A DNA stretch of 64,000 nt from Octopus sinensis (Eukaryota), in contig NC_043003.1 in the NCBI RefSeq assembly GCF_006345805.1, positions 47,368,001 through 47,432,000 of the forward strand, written 5' to 3'. A program made the translations under genes and the position numbers. The number at the start of each line of letters is the position of its first letter. The stretch's first letter is position 1. Positions 51,770-64,000 of this stretch are shown in pieces. The notes below the pieces were generated by a model that was given only the letters and a program-made list of their open reading frames with translations, searched no databases and was not told the DNA's origin.

Positions 51770-52100
51770 TCCCCTCAGTCATAAATGGCCATGGGATTGC
51801 ACCAAGAAAGTTTCTCTCCAAGGCACAAGTCCGGGCAAGTTTGTTTGTAGAAGACCAGCAGTCGCTCATGCATTCCAGCCTCCTCTCTCCATGCCACTGA
51901 TGTTATCCGAGAGAAAATCAAAGGCTGATACAGCTTGGCACCAGTGATGTCACAACTCATTTTTACAGTTGAGTGAACTGAAACAACATGAAATAAAGTG
52001 TCTTGCTCAAGAACATAACACACAGCCCAGTCCAGGAATCAAACTCACTACCTCATGATTGTGTACCCAACTCTTTAACAATTAAGCCATGTGCTTTCAC
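51770..52100 (-). mobile_element. tRNA-derived SINE, same family as 33581-33905
   Basis: Colinear similarity over ~330 bp (GGCACAAGTCC...GAAGACCAGCAGTC...GAAATAAAGTGTCTTGCTCAAGAACA). Confidence 0.8.
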
Positions 52101-52838
52101 ACTCTGAATATATATTAAATATATATTGAATATATATATTCAGTATATATATTAAATAGATATGATTATAACACAAATCCTATTTTACACCTCTTTAGAT
52201 TTCTGGTAGTTCTGACAATTCCTGGTCTATGTTGATGGCTGCCTTTTGGGTCCAGTATAAATCATAGATGACTCTGATGTCCTGTCCTTTTAAACTGACA
52301 TTTTCTAAAGAGGTGATGAGCTTTCTGAGGTGTACACAGTCAAATGCCTAGGCCCAATCTCTGAAACCAATAAAATAAGCAACTAGTCAAGCCTTGGGGT
52401 TGATGTGACTAACTCCCTACACCAAACTGTTGACCTTGTGTCAAAATTCTAAGCAATTTCTATTATTATCATTATTGCTGGTGCATGTCCAGTTATTCTA
52501 TCCTCAGAATAAGTAATATTTTACATCCTCTCATATAAGAACATCGTGATATTGTTCTCTTGCAGTTCTCTGTTGAAACATATCCTACTTTGTTCTTCTG
52601 AAAGTTTTTGATGAAGCTCATGCTGTCTCTCAGCATCTGCTTACCAAAATAGTTGTCTTTGTCCTTGATATAGCATACATCACTTCATACACTGCAACTG
52701 TGTTGCAGTGTATCTTTGTGAAGTTACATGTTCTATGTGCATGACCAATTGTTCAATTATAAAAAGTGTTTCTTAAAAATGGCTTTATAAAAATAACCAT
52801 TGAGCTGTTTTTCTGAAATTATGAAATGGAAGAAACTG

Positions 52839-54433
52839 AGGTGGACAAATAGTGCTTGTAAATTTAAGTTGCTGGTGCATTTGGTGAGAGATCAAGGTAA
52901 AAATTGTGATGGATAGACAGATACAGACACACATACACAAATAGAGAGATACATAGGTAGATAGATAGCTATGTAGATAGGTAGGTTGAAACACATGAAG
53001 ACAGACAGATAAATGTACACACACACACACACACACTCACACACACAAACAGATAGATAGTTACGTGGATAAACAGACAAATAGATCTTGAAAAATAGAC
53101 AATGGAAAACAAATGCTTATATGTAAGTTTTCTTCAGAAAAATTTATGTACGGAAATTCATACTTTTTTTTTCCATGTCATAATAAATTAGCTCAATATA
53201 TTAAACTTATGGTTTTAATGATCATGTTGAGAAATATATGTGTGTATCTGTGTACATATATCATCATTATCTTCTTCATTTAATGTTTACTTGCCATGTT
53301 AGCATGGGTAGGATGATCTGACAAGGAATTGGTAAGCTGCAGGGCTGCATTGAGCTCCAATGTCATCTTTGGCATGCTTTGCACGGCTGGATGTCCTTCC
53401 TAGTACCAACCACTTTACAGAGTGTACTGGGTGCTTTTTGTCATGCCACTGGCACTAGTGAGGTTGCCATGTAACTTGCAAGAAGAAGTAAGCTCCCACA
53501 ACTGAGAAGTATTTGGGAGGGGAAGGTGGCCTTAAGTAACTATGTCAGGTGTTGAAAGGGTAAAGTATGATAAAGGGACAAGCACAGATGTCTTGATATA
53601 GAGGAGATAAGCAGAAGGTAGTGATGGAGTGCTAGAGCAAACTCTCAAGGAACAAGAAGGTGAGCATAGAAGCATCATAGAAGGGGACAAGAGAAGTGGT
53701 ATAAAGTTGCAAAGCGTGAATTATGAGATTTTGCAACATCCTTCCTATTCTCCTGGTATCTCTCCTACTGATCATTACTTATTTAAGCATTTTGAGCTTT
53801 TCATAAGCAATAAAACATTTTTAATTAGAGAAGAGGTAATTAAAGCATTTGGACAGTTTATCACAGCAAAAGATGATATTGACAAAATGTTGGGTAAATG
53901 TCATAAACGAACATGGATCATACTTTGATTAAATAAATCAGTTCTCTAACACTTGCAAAACATTTTATTGTTACCTTTCAAATATGACATTTCATGTAAA
54001 ACAACCTAATATATTGTAAAGTATAGAAGCCATCTTATCATGGCTAACCACATTGGGGAGGGGGTGTTACTGTAGCTTTATAGCCCCAAGAGATCTTCGT
54101 TTCTAGCTGGCTTTAGACACAATATCAGTGTCCTTGGAGTATTTGCAAAGGGAGGCCATCCCTTTGTTTTCCATTGTTTATTTTTCAAGATCTATTTGTC
54201 TGTTTATCCACGTAACTATCTATCTGTTTATGTGTGTGAGTGTGTGTGTGTGCACATTTATCTGTCTGTCTTCATGTGTTTCAACCTACCAATCTACATA
54301 GCTATCTATCTACCTATGTATCTCTCTATTTGTGTATGTGTGTCTGTATCTGTCTATCCATCACAATTTTTACCTTGATCTCTCTCACCAAATGCACCAG
54401 CAACTTAAATTTACAAGCACTATTTGTCCACCT
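52839..54433. repeat. Inverted duplication, ~275-bp arms (52839-53113 and 54163-54433)
   Basis: The arms are reverse complements with only a few substitutions and microsatellite length differences, around a ~1050-bp spacer. Confidence 0.95.
53690..54010 (+). mobile_element. mariner (DD34D-type) transposase 3' fragment with right TIR
   Basis: YEILQHPSYSPGISPTDHYLFKHFE (~HPPYSPDLAPSDYHLF), ending in a mariner-like ...AAAACAACCTAATA terminus. Confidence 0.8.
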
Positions 54434-54977
54434 AATATATATATATATATATATGTGGCGTTAGGAAGGGCATCCAGCTGTAGAAACATTGCCAAATTAG
54501 ACTGGAGCCTGGTGCAGCCTTCTGGCTTCCCAGAACCCCGGTCGAACCGTCCAACCCATGCTAGCATGGAGAACGGACGTTAAACGACGATGATGATGAT
54601 ATGTATGTACACACGAATGAGGTTGAGTTGTGAACCAAACTAGAAGTTTTGGCTATTCTACAGACAAATTCTACCAAAATTATTATAGTGTTTGATGTGG
54701 CAAGCTGGCACAGTTGTAAGTGCATTGAACAAGCTGCAGCATTTCTTTCATCTTATGTTGATAGTGACTTTGCCTTTCATCCTTTCAGGATCATTAAGTA
54801 CTAGAACTGATATAATTGACTTGTCTCTTCACCTCCCTCCTCCCTGCCAATCATCTCTCTTGCACTGCCTCCTCATATATGCCATTGGTCACCCAGCAAC
54901 TCTACCCTATTTCTACAGTTGTTATCTATTTTTCCCTATTTATCATCCCTCAGTACTTGTTCTCCATTATATGCTCA

Positions 54978-55205
54978 GGCGGCGAGCTGGCAGAAACGTT
55001 AGCACACCGGGCGAAATGTTCAACAGTATTTTGTCTGCTGGTACATTCTGGGTTCAAATTCCGCCGAGGTCGACTTTGCCTTTCATCCTTTCAGGGTCGA
55101 TAGATTAAGTACCAGTTACGCACTGGGGTCGGTGTAATCGACTTAATCCATTTGTCTGTCCTTGTTTGTCCCCTCTATGTTTAGTCCCTTGTGGGCAATA
55201 AAGAA
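54978..55205 (+). mobile_element. Near-intact SINE of the train family
   Basis: GGCGGCGAGCTGGCAGAAACGTTAGCAC...GGTTCAAATTCCGCCGAGGTCGACTTTGCC... Confidence 0.88.
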
Positions 55206-57088
55206 ATATATATGCTCATTTTCACCCTTTCCCTATCTCTAATCATCTCTCACTGCCCCCATACACTCTTGCAGCCACTAACCACCTGCCTGTTCTCCTG
55301 CCCCTTCTCCCACTCATTCCCACTATTTTTATCTATTTCCAGCTCCACCCAGCTTACTCCCACTCTATCTTCTAGAATGCAAGCAAACATGTAGCTCATC
55401 TACAGCAAGAAGCTTATCTCTCCTTGCTTTTCCTCTCACTCTCATTCCATAGTATTAAGCTGTCTCCTTGCTCCATACTGTAACCCCACTCAGTTGAAGG
55501 GGATCTTAGTTTTGTAACCTCACTAGTGCTTGTACCATGCAAAAAGCACCCAGTATAAGATATAAAGTGGTTGGTGTTAGGAAGGGCATCCAACCATAGA
55601 AACCCTACCAAGGCTGATATTAGAGGACAATGTAGTCTTTGATCCCAGTTAGTCCTGTCAAACTGTCCAACACATGCCAGCATGGAATATGAACATTGTG
55701 TGGATATGGCATGGTTTTCTATGGCTGGATGCCCTTCCTAACACCAACCACCCTGAGAGTGTAGTGGCACATAAAAGCACCCATTACACTCGTGGAGTGG
55801 TTGGTGTTAGGAAGGGCATCCAGCTGTAGAAAACCATGCCAAATCAGACTGGAGTTTGATGCAACGTTCCAGCTTGCCAGCTCTGGTCAAACTGTCCAAC
55901 CCATGCCAGCATGGACAACGGATGTTTAATGATGATATATATATATAACTGTTATATGCAACAACAGCAGCAGTATTTGATTGAAATAGCTATCTGTGTA
56001 TCATACTTAATGTAAATACATCACAAAAGGCAAATCAACAGTGGTATTTATCCAGAGATATCTCTTATGGGCATGCTGTGTTCATAAATACAATGTATAT
56101 CAGAAGCAGAGGAAAGCAGTCTTTTTCAGCCCCACCTCAGCCACCCCTACCCATTCTTTTATAATGTAAGTAGCCATGTAGCCCCTTTGCAGTAGAAAAC
56201 CTGTTTTAAGCTGGCCCCCTTCTTTCATACTTCAACATCTCATCTACTGCCCTCCTCTCTACTAAAAACTCATTCAGATGAAAGTGATACTAGTCTTCTT
56301 GCAAGGTGCGTGGCAACCTCACTAGTGCTAGTGATATGAAAAAGCACCCTGTCCATGCTGTAAAGTGGTTGGTGTTAGGAAGGGCATCCAGCCATAGAAA
56401 CCATGCAGTCCTTGGACCTTTTCAACCCTGTTTAACTGTCCAACCCATACTAGCATGGAACCCTGAAATATAAAACACATTCTCATTAATTTCTGGCATT
56501 TTGCAGAGCATTCTTTGTCTCATTTCTCTCTAGATTTTGCACATATTCTGCATTCAGTGGCAATGTTTTGGCTGACATGCAATGTGGCACTTCTATGTTC
56601 AACACTTTGCACTTTAGCATTTATACTGGCCCAAATCTTCTACCTGTTTTATATTCAAACTAGCTAGATCTAACCCCTCTCAACTACCATGTAATGTCGT
56701 TCTGAAAATAAGCAATCACATCAAAATCTCAAAGTTATGAAATAATACATGGTTAATTCAAAACAATGTGAATAAATTAGTATTACATATGACAGAGTAA
56801 TCTGAATGCTAGAGGGTTAAAGAGAGTATCCTTTGGTTGCTAGTAGGAGTAAAAGTTCTCTCATCTTTTCCCACACTAAGTTTGGCTTCTGTGTTTTTCA
56901 GAAGACCTTCCCCAGCTGCCAATCAGGTTAATCAGTTACTTCTAAGAAGCCCTCCAGGCATTTGTAAGAATTTATTTCATGATTGGTCTTATCGCTAAAC
57001 TCATTCCAATGCATTTGGTACATCATTATCATCATTATTGATAATACTGTTCTTCCATGCTGGCAGAAAAGTCATATAGCACCATATA

Positions 57089-58347
57089 CAGGGTGCGTAA
57101 GATATTTGAGGACAGATTTATGTTTATAAAAAAACAGATATATAATAACAGATAATAACTTCATTTATCAAAAAATGTCATGAGGATAAAAATAATCCTT
57201 CTTTGCTATAATGTTATTCAATAAAGCCACCTCAGCTTCAACAACTACTATATGAGATCTAAATCATCTACATGCTTGAATCAAGTGGTCCTGGTTCATT
57301 TTAGACATTACTCTAACTATGGCAGCTTTCATAGAATCTTTGATGTTATGGGCATGTTCATTGACCTCTCTCTCAACAATGCTCTACGTGTAATAGTCCA
57401 ATGGATTGAGATCTGGGGAATTAGGAGGCCAAATGTTAGGGGTTATGTGATCATGAAAATTTTCAGCCATTCATTCCTGTGTTACTAGAGCCATGTGTGA
57501 TAGTGCAGAGTCTTACTGAAACACATATGGCCTTCCATTGCATACACTGTCTATCTAGGGTTTAACAATTATTTCCAGGACTTCAATGTATGTGACAGAG
57601 TTAACTCTAAGGCCTTGTGGAAAGAAGTAATGAGGCATCACATGTCCTTCATTGCTGACAACCCCTAAAACCATGACAGTTGCAGGAAATTTTGTATGCA
57701 TAACACTTGGAACTTCCGAAGGTCTGCACATAACCATCTGTCATTTCTTCTGTTAACTTTTTGATCTTGGATGAAGTTTTTCTTGTTTGAGAAAAACCAA
57801 ATCAAATCTTCTTCTGCTGGATTTTTCAGTTTATTTAAGAGCCTTTTAGATCTGATGTAGTGATTTTCTTTTGCTTTTTCAGACAAATTGACCTTTCCTC
57901 ATCATATAAGACTTATAATCTGATATCTTCATGGACAACATTTCTGACTTCCTTCTGACACATGGAGATCTTTTGCAATTGACCTCATGGACTTTCTGGG
58001 ATTGTAATCAATGGTCTGTTGAACTTGCTGAATAAATTCAGGTGTTCTGATGATTTCAAAGCATTTAGAATGCTATTTATGCTTTGACACTAGGGATATG
58101 TTTCCCTCTTCAGTCTCTATCTCCTTATAAATTTTGTTGACAAAAGATCTGACAACTTTTAAAACTCAAAATATTTCTAAATCACTATGCTCTGCCTTTA
58201 TACCCACAATAACAGCATGCCTCTTCATTTCTTGAGTAAGCTGAGGGTCTGCCATTATTATTTTCTGAAACAAAGCTTATATAGAGTTAGCAAAAAGTGT
58301 GGCAATGACCTCAAAAAGGTATGTCCTCAAATACTTTATGCACCCTG
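57089..58347 (-). mobile_element. Tc1/mariner DD37D (maT-like) element, near full length, inactive
   Basis: 26-bp TIR CAGGGTGC(G/A)TAA(GA/AG)TATTTGAGGACA at both ends. Transposase remnant WFFSNKKNF..KFPATVMVLGVVS..DSALSH..WPPNSPDLNPLDYY with D-37-D spacing, plus stops and frameshifts. Confidence 0.92.
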
Positions 58348-58499
58348 TGCTTTAAATGTATCTGTTAACATAGCTAGGTACTTCCTGACTTAATTAGAGT
58401 GCACTTCCTACCATACATAACAAAAGTTCTAATCAAAATGCAATTATAGTTAGCTCTAGTTTTGTGGGAAATATCAAATTCTTAATTATAACAGTAGTA

Positions 58500-58930
58500 A
58501 GATACTGTATATATATTAATCCCTGTGTGAATGCAACTGTAGGGACCTAACTGGCTATCCACTTCAGTACTAATGCATTTTGAAGGAGCACTTGCATAGA
58601 TCAAATGTTCAACTAAATGACAGTATAGACAAAATATATATCGGGTTGAAGGAAAACTCATTTAGGATCCAATTCACACATAAGCATGCATTGAGGAACA
58701 GGAACAAATGCACCTCCACTTCACTGTCAAAATACATCTGGCAGCTGAAAAACTGGGAATCAGAAACACTCCATAAAGTGGAGCACAGCTATGAAGTCAA
58801 AGGCATAAAGAACTTAGCACAATATGCAACTTGTGTGTTTCAGAAAATCTAAAAATTCTCATTCAACCTGCTAACAACCTGCTGAAGAGAGGGACCTGGC
58901 TGCACAAAGAAAGTTTAAACTGCAATCATT
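58500..58930 (+). mobile_element. Penelope-like element GIY-YIG endonuclease fragment
   Basis: CNCRD..YPL followed by KIYIGLKENSFRIQFTHKHALRNRNKCTSTSLSKYIWQLKN, typical of the PLE C-terminal GIY-YIG region. Frameshifted. Confidence 0.75.
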
Positions 58931-59918
58931 TAAACATATCCTTTTCTAGAGGAATTCCACCTGCAAGCTAGATAATGTCCATTGACCTAGATCGTTAACA
59001 CATACTATCATTATTTTCCTTTTAATTTAATCTTAATATGATTTTAATATTAATTTAATTGTCAGTTGAAAATAATAGTCCATAAAGCTTTCAGCATGAT
59101 TTAGTCCTGATGGAATATAAAATTATTTACAGCTTGAGACTTCTTTAAGACAGTTATATATCGGTGACATTAGACATAGACATTGCCTTGTGGTTAATAA
59201 GCTTGCTTCGTGGTACTGCTGGATGGTGTCTTCTACTATAGTCACAAGCTGATCAATACCTTATAAGTGAATTGGAGGATGGAAACTGTAAGCTCATTGT
59301 GTGTATGTGTGTGCATGCAAGTGTTTGTATTTTCTCCTCTTGTGTCTTCTCCTTGCCTTATGCCTTTTCCTTGTCTTGTTAATTGAAAACAAGGGCATCA
59401 TTTATTTACAATCTTCCATGAAAACATGTCTGGCCATTGAGCTGTTTGTTGTTCAGATGACATGGGGAATATATAACTTTGCTTGGAAATAGGTGAAGGA
59501 TGGCAACAGGAAGAGCATCCAACCATAGAAAATCTATCTCAACAAGCTTACTGTGAACTATGCAAGCAAAGAAAATGGTACCGATCCTTTTGATATCAAT
59601 CAGCTTGAAACCATCCTTGTTTCTATGTTATAAATTCTGTTTTTAAGTGATCTAAATCAAAATTGTGCATCAAAATTCCATGTCAATTTATATTCCAAAC
59701 ATCAGCTTAATAACGACAAAGTTAATTTACGAAATTCTTCATTGTTTTCAAAATTAATTGAAACAAAGTTGGTGCATGCTGACAGGAATAGGTTACAAAA
59801 GGAGGCAGTAACATTGATGATAATATAATAATCTTAAAAGCTGTCAATTGTTTTATATTCAGTTATAACTAAATCTTACTGAAACTCTTATAGTCCACTA
59901 CTTGACAATTATATTAAT

Positions 59919-60424
59919 ACTAGCTGGCCCCGTGCCATAAAAAATGACGGCTAATTGTAGTAATTTATATATAAATAAGGACAAAAGATAGAATATGGAT
60001 GGTAATTCAAATTAATACACTTGTCAATGTTATCTAGTGATTGTCTTCTGAGATGTGACATCAGTCGTCGTTTGTTACTGAAAGAATGCTGGTTCACACA
60101 TACAAACATTCACATCCCATTGTACATGCATGCAAATACATACATATACTCACACAGGATTGAAACGCTGTTTGATCTTTCTTTTTAGTGTTGAATGTTC
60201 ACTATCCCACTTCCATTACATACACACACACATCCCTTTTATATACACACATATACTCACACAGAGTTGAAATGCTGTTTGATTTTCTTTTTTCACTGTA
60301 GAACTTCCATCATCCCACTACCAAGTTTGCCACCACCTTTTCCTTCTTTATTCTTCTATCATCCCTTCCTTTCTCATTCATATGTTGTGATAGAGAAAAA
60401 CACAAGAGTATTATTATAGCAGAT
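59919..60424 (+). mobile_element. Possible non-autonomous Helitron-like element
   Basis: Starts ACTAGCTGGCCCCGTG and ends ATTATAGCAGAT, resembling short invertebrate Helitron-like repeats. Internal ~105-bp imperfect tandem duplication at 60150-60320. Confidence 0.35.
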
Positions 60425-61389
60425 TAAAAGGTAGACAAAATATTGTGACTAAGATTCTAAGTGTCCATTATCAGAAATGTGACTATAATGATTTAGTAGC
60501 CTTAACAAAGTGGTATTTTAGGTGTTTGTATAATCAGCACTTAAATGTTTTTCTTATGCTGAGACTGGAAAATCTGTAGAATATCAAACAGTTAGAACTT
60601 GACTGAAGCCCAAAAGAGCATAACGAACTGACATATGGTATTATTAAATGTAAATTAATTCATATAATTGAACCTTTCGATTCTACACAGTCTAACAATC
60701 TTGCCATAAACTAAAAACAAACTAGTGGCCATAATATCATGCAATAAATAACATCAGTGCCGACTGTAATGTAGAGTAGCACCATTAAAACTAATAGAAA
60801 GCAACTAGAAATATGTGTGTGTGTGTGTGTGTGTGTTGAGATTCCTGAAGAGTAAAAATTGGCAGCATTATTAGTATGTAGAACAAATTGCTTTGTGGTA
60901 TTTGTTTCCGCTTTCTGCTTTCAAATCCTGCCAAGGTCAATTTTGCTTTTTATCATTTCAGGGTCAGTAAAATAAAATAACATTCTAGATTGGTGGATTA
61001 GCAGAAATGGCAAAACACTGGATAAGATGACGTGCTGGATTTCATCCCCAGATCTTTAGGTTCTGGGTTCTTGGGTTGTTGACTTAATGTGCTCCCTGTG
61101 TTAACACTACTACTTGGTCTCAGGGTGTCTTTAGCAAACTTCAAGGAAGATAACTTCCTCTCTTACTCGTACCAGTCTTAGAGGCCCTGAAAAATAGTCA
61201 TAATCACTACATTTTCTTTTCTAAGTTGTACATCCACCTAATAAAAGAGAGGTGGAGGGGGGAAGCATTTCACATGAGTTTCTTTTTAATGTTTTTGTTT
61301 TTTTACTTGCTAAGTCTGGAGGACGGGACAATATCTATGACCCCTGCAAACTACCTGTGAGGTACAGTCAGTATCATTGATGTTCCATT

Positions 61390-63100
61390 TAAACTGTTTC
61401 AGGTCACCATTTGCTGGAAAGGTTGGAAAAACAAGTAGGTCAGAGCTGAGTAGTGAAGTATGAGATTGACTGGGTCTGAGGTGCTGAGACCATTATAGTA
61501 GTAACAGAAGAGACAATGTACCTGTAAGCCAGCAGCTGGGGTATGTTCATTAGAGATAGAATATCAGTCAGTTGAGTTACCCTTCTTGGATATGATCCAG
61601 AATGTCTGTGTAGATCACAGCAATACTGTCCCAGACATGGCCATAGTACTCCATTGTGGACATCACTTGAGCTTTGTAGAGTGTCAGCAGCTCTTGGGAG
61701 CTGAAATATTTTCTGGCCCTGAAGAAAAGGATCTAGTCTTTTTGATGCTGTCTCCTGGTTATGCTAAAGATATCCCCAGGAACTGTAGACACAGCATTTG
61801 GAGTTGTTGCAAGGAATCTGAGTGCTACTCTTGTTTAGATGAGCTTTGGTATGTTTTTTGGTAGGGAAAGGTGGAGAGGAATGAAAAGTTGTGTTATTTG
61901 CATAAGAGTGAGTGTTGTAGGCTGTGTCAGTAAGTAGATCATTGAAGTATAGAGAGTGAGAGACAAAAATCAAACTCTGAAGAATGCTGGGGTTGATTGA
62001 GAGAGGAGCTGAAAGACCTCCATCAATATTTACTGCAATAGTGTGTCTTGTAGAAAGTGGAGTTTTTGTAGGAAATTCAACCATCCATGACATTTGCATG
62101 AAATGGATGGTTGAAGACATTGCTAAAATCTAGAGCAACAACATTGTTTTCATCAGATTTTTTAAAGCAAATACACATTGGTGAATAGGTCTCCGTTGCA
62201 TCTGGCTCTTTGGAAGCCATGATAGTGGTCATTCAGGGGTGGTGAGGATTCTAGATGTTGGAAAACTTCATTGTTAATGGTTGTTTCCATTACTTTGGAC
62301 ATGCTAGAAGTGAGAGCAATGAGGAAATACTTGGCTGGGTCAAAGAGGTTGTTTTCCTTTGGAATACGACCCACTGAATGGTTTCCAAATGCCTGTGTAT
62401 GTTGCCATAGAGAATGGGAGATTAAAGAGTTTAGTGAGTATAGGACTAAGTTTTGGCATTATTTAAATGTTATGGAAGGGATCATTTCAGAGTTGGTGGC
62501 CTTGTTTGTTTGAAGAAGCTGGGGTATTTTTGAACTTAGCATCTATGGGTATGTGGAATGTGGAGCAGGGGGAATGCTTATTGGAACAGAAGAGGGTAGA
62601 TTTGGAGGGAATTGGTCAAGGGTATGTAGTGTGGAGTTAGACACAAAGGATGCAGTGTAGGTGGGTGCTTTCTCCATGGGGGTATTGATTATGAAGCCAG
62701 TATTGTTTAGAAAAGGAAAAGAATTGGAGATCCTTTAGACTAGGGATCAGAAGACTCAGCTGCAGTTTGGGAGAGGAGAAAGCTTGAGAGCTATGTGATG
62801 CATGAAGGCATCTTTTGCTCAATGGATAGTAGTCTTACAGGAGTTGCACTATTGAGTGAATGCCACCCAGTTTTGTGGAGTGGGTGGAATTATCTAGTTG
62901 CTATAAGCTTTGTTTTTTTGTTTTTTTTGCCCAAAAGCTACAGCAGGTATGTAAGATTGTCTACTGTGTCATATTCTTTTTTTACAAAGACTGACCTGAG
63001 GGAGATTTAACCGCTTTCTCTAATAGGTTGCTCTACCACTAAAAAGATCTGGTGATCTAGGCTGCGGATGGTGATGTTACCATTTGTAGCTGAGCTGTCA
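61390..63100 (-). mobile_element. CR1-group LINE, degenerate
   Basis: FDPAKYFLIALTSSMSKVMETTINN..LNDHYHGFQRARCNGDL, IAVNIDG..SINPSILQ, HSYANNTTFH (~YADDTT) in the minus-strand ORFs. Confidence 0.8.
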
Positions 63101-63859
63101 GCAATGACATCACTGTCTGTGACTTGGCTGCAACTGATGACAATTATTGACATTTCCTATCAACAAATTGTCTGCTAGTTCTGTGCTTTCGAATTTGTCT
63201 GGAATTAAAATTCTTTTACCTGAAATGCAAGTAATGTTTGATGACAGGGAGGGCATTTGGCCATAAAGATCCTGCCTCAAGTCCCTCTCCATGCTAGCAT
63301 AGAAAAAACAGATGTTAAACACACACATTGTAGGGCATTCATCAGTTCTTGTGGAGGGGGATAAAGAGCAATTTCTAAAATGATTGTAGAGTCCCATCCT
63401 TGACCTGCAGTCTCAGCTGATATCTCACATATACATATGTCCATATGCATACACACACAAATATATGAAACACACATCACCCCACACAGTGCACGCACTA
63501 GGTTACTTTTATACATACACACACATGTTCCCAAACACACATACAGAGGTCCATGCATATGCACACACACATAATCCCACCCACATGTACACACATCTAT
63601 ATGCACACATACATATACACACCAGTACATGAAACGCACATCATTCCACAAAATGTACACACTAGGTTACTTATACACACACTCACACAGGTCCACATAA
63701 TTTTAAGCTTGTCCACACATACATATGCACTCGCATACACACACGCGCTTGTGCACCCTAGTTCGGTTGGGTCCTGTTATTAACTCCCTTTCTTCCAGCC
63801 ATTTGATCTTGTTGAACCCCACACATTTTTTCTTTCTCCTCGTTTTTTTTTTTTTTTCT

Positions 63860-64000
63860 TTTTCTGTTCTCCATTTTTTCCCCTTTCAATCCTTTCTTTC
63901 AAAGAGCATAAGCTCGAAACATCAGAGACTTTTCCACTCTTCCCAAGTGCTGAACTAATACACCTGCTTGTTATTCCTTCACCTGTGTTTGTCTTTTGTT
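63860..64000 (+). mobile_element. Degenerate relative of the 7361-7584 Penelope-like terminal repeat
   Basis: CTTT-CTTTCAAA-GAGC(ATAA)GCTC-GAAAC-ATC-AGAG at 63892-63927 keeps the same spacing and stems, but the core is decayed. Confidence 0.45.

Overview
AT-rich animal genomic DNA, almost certainly an octopus (coleoid cephalopod). This is judged from the dense tRNA-derived SINE families, RTE LINEs with a Cys-rich motif after the RT domain, and TA/CA/AAT microsatellites. Only one host coding exon is convincing: 38020-38143 (+), MAQETIYLCNFRVSVDGDWLCLRELSDVQVEMPPILPSIED, ending at a phase-1 GTAAGT donor. It matches the N-terminal exon of RUFY3/Singar1-type RUN-and-FYVE proteins and sits in a GC/CpG-rich island starting near 37320. 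I found no RUN-domain exon downstream, so the remaining ~26 kb is probably intron. The rest of the window is transposon-derived or low-complexity: RTE and CR1-like LINE fragments, Penelope-like pieces, two DD37D Tc1/mariner elements, a mariner fragment, a hAT transposase fossil, several MITEs with intact TIRs/TSDs and long SINE trains. Best second-look items are a minimal type I hammerhead-ribozyme-like fold in a young Penelope-like terminus (7461-7495) and an open, Gly-rich in-frame extension with a CUG in good context upstream of the RUFY AUG. Also notable are a three-level nested transposon with perfect TSDs (23985-25348) and several inverted or tandem duplications inside the presumed RUFY intron. 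All alignments were done by eye with no database search. Boundaries of degenerate elements are approximate.
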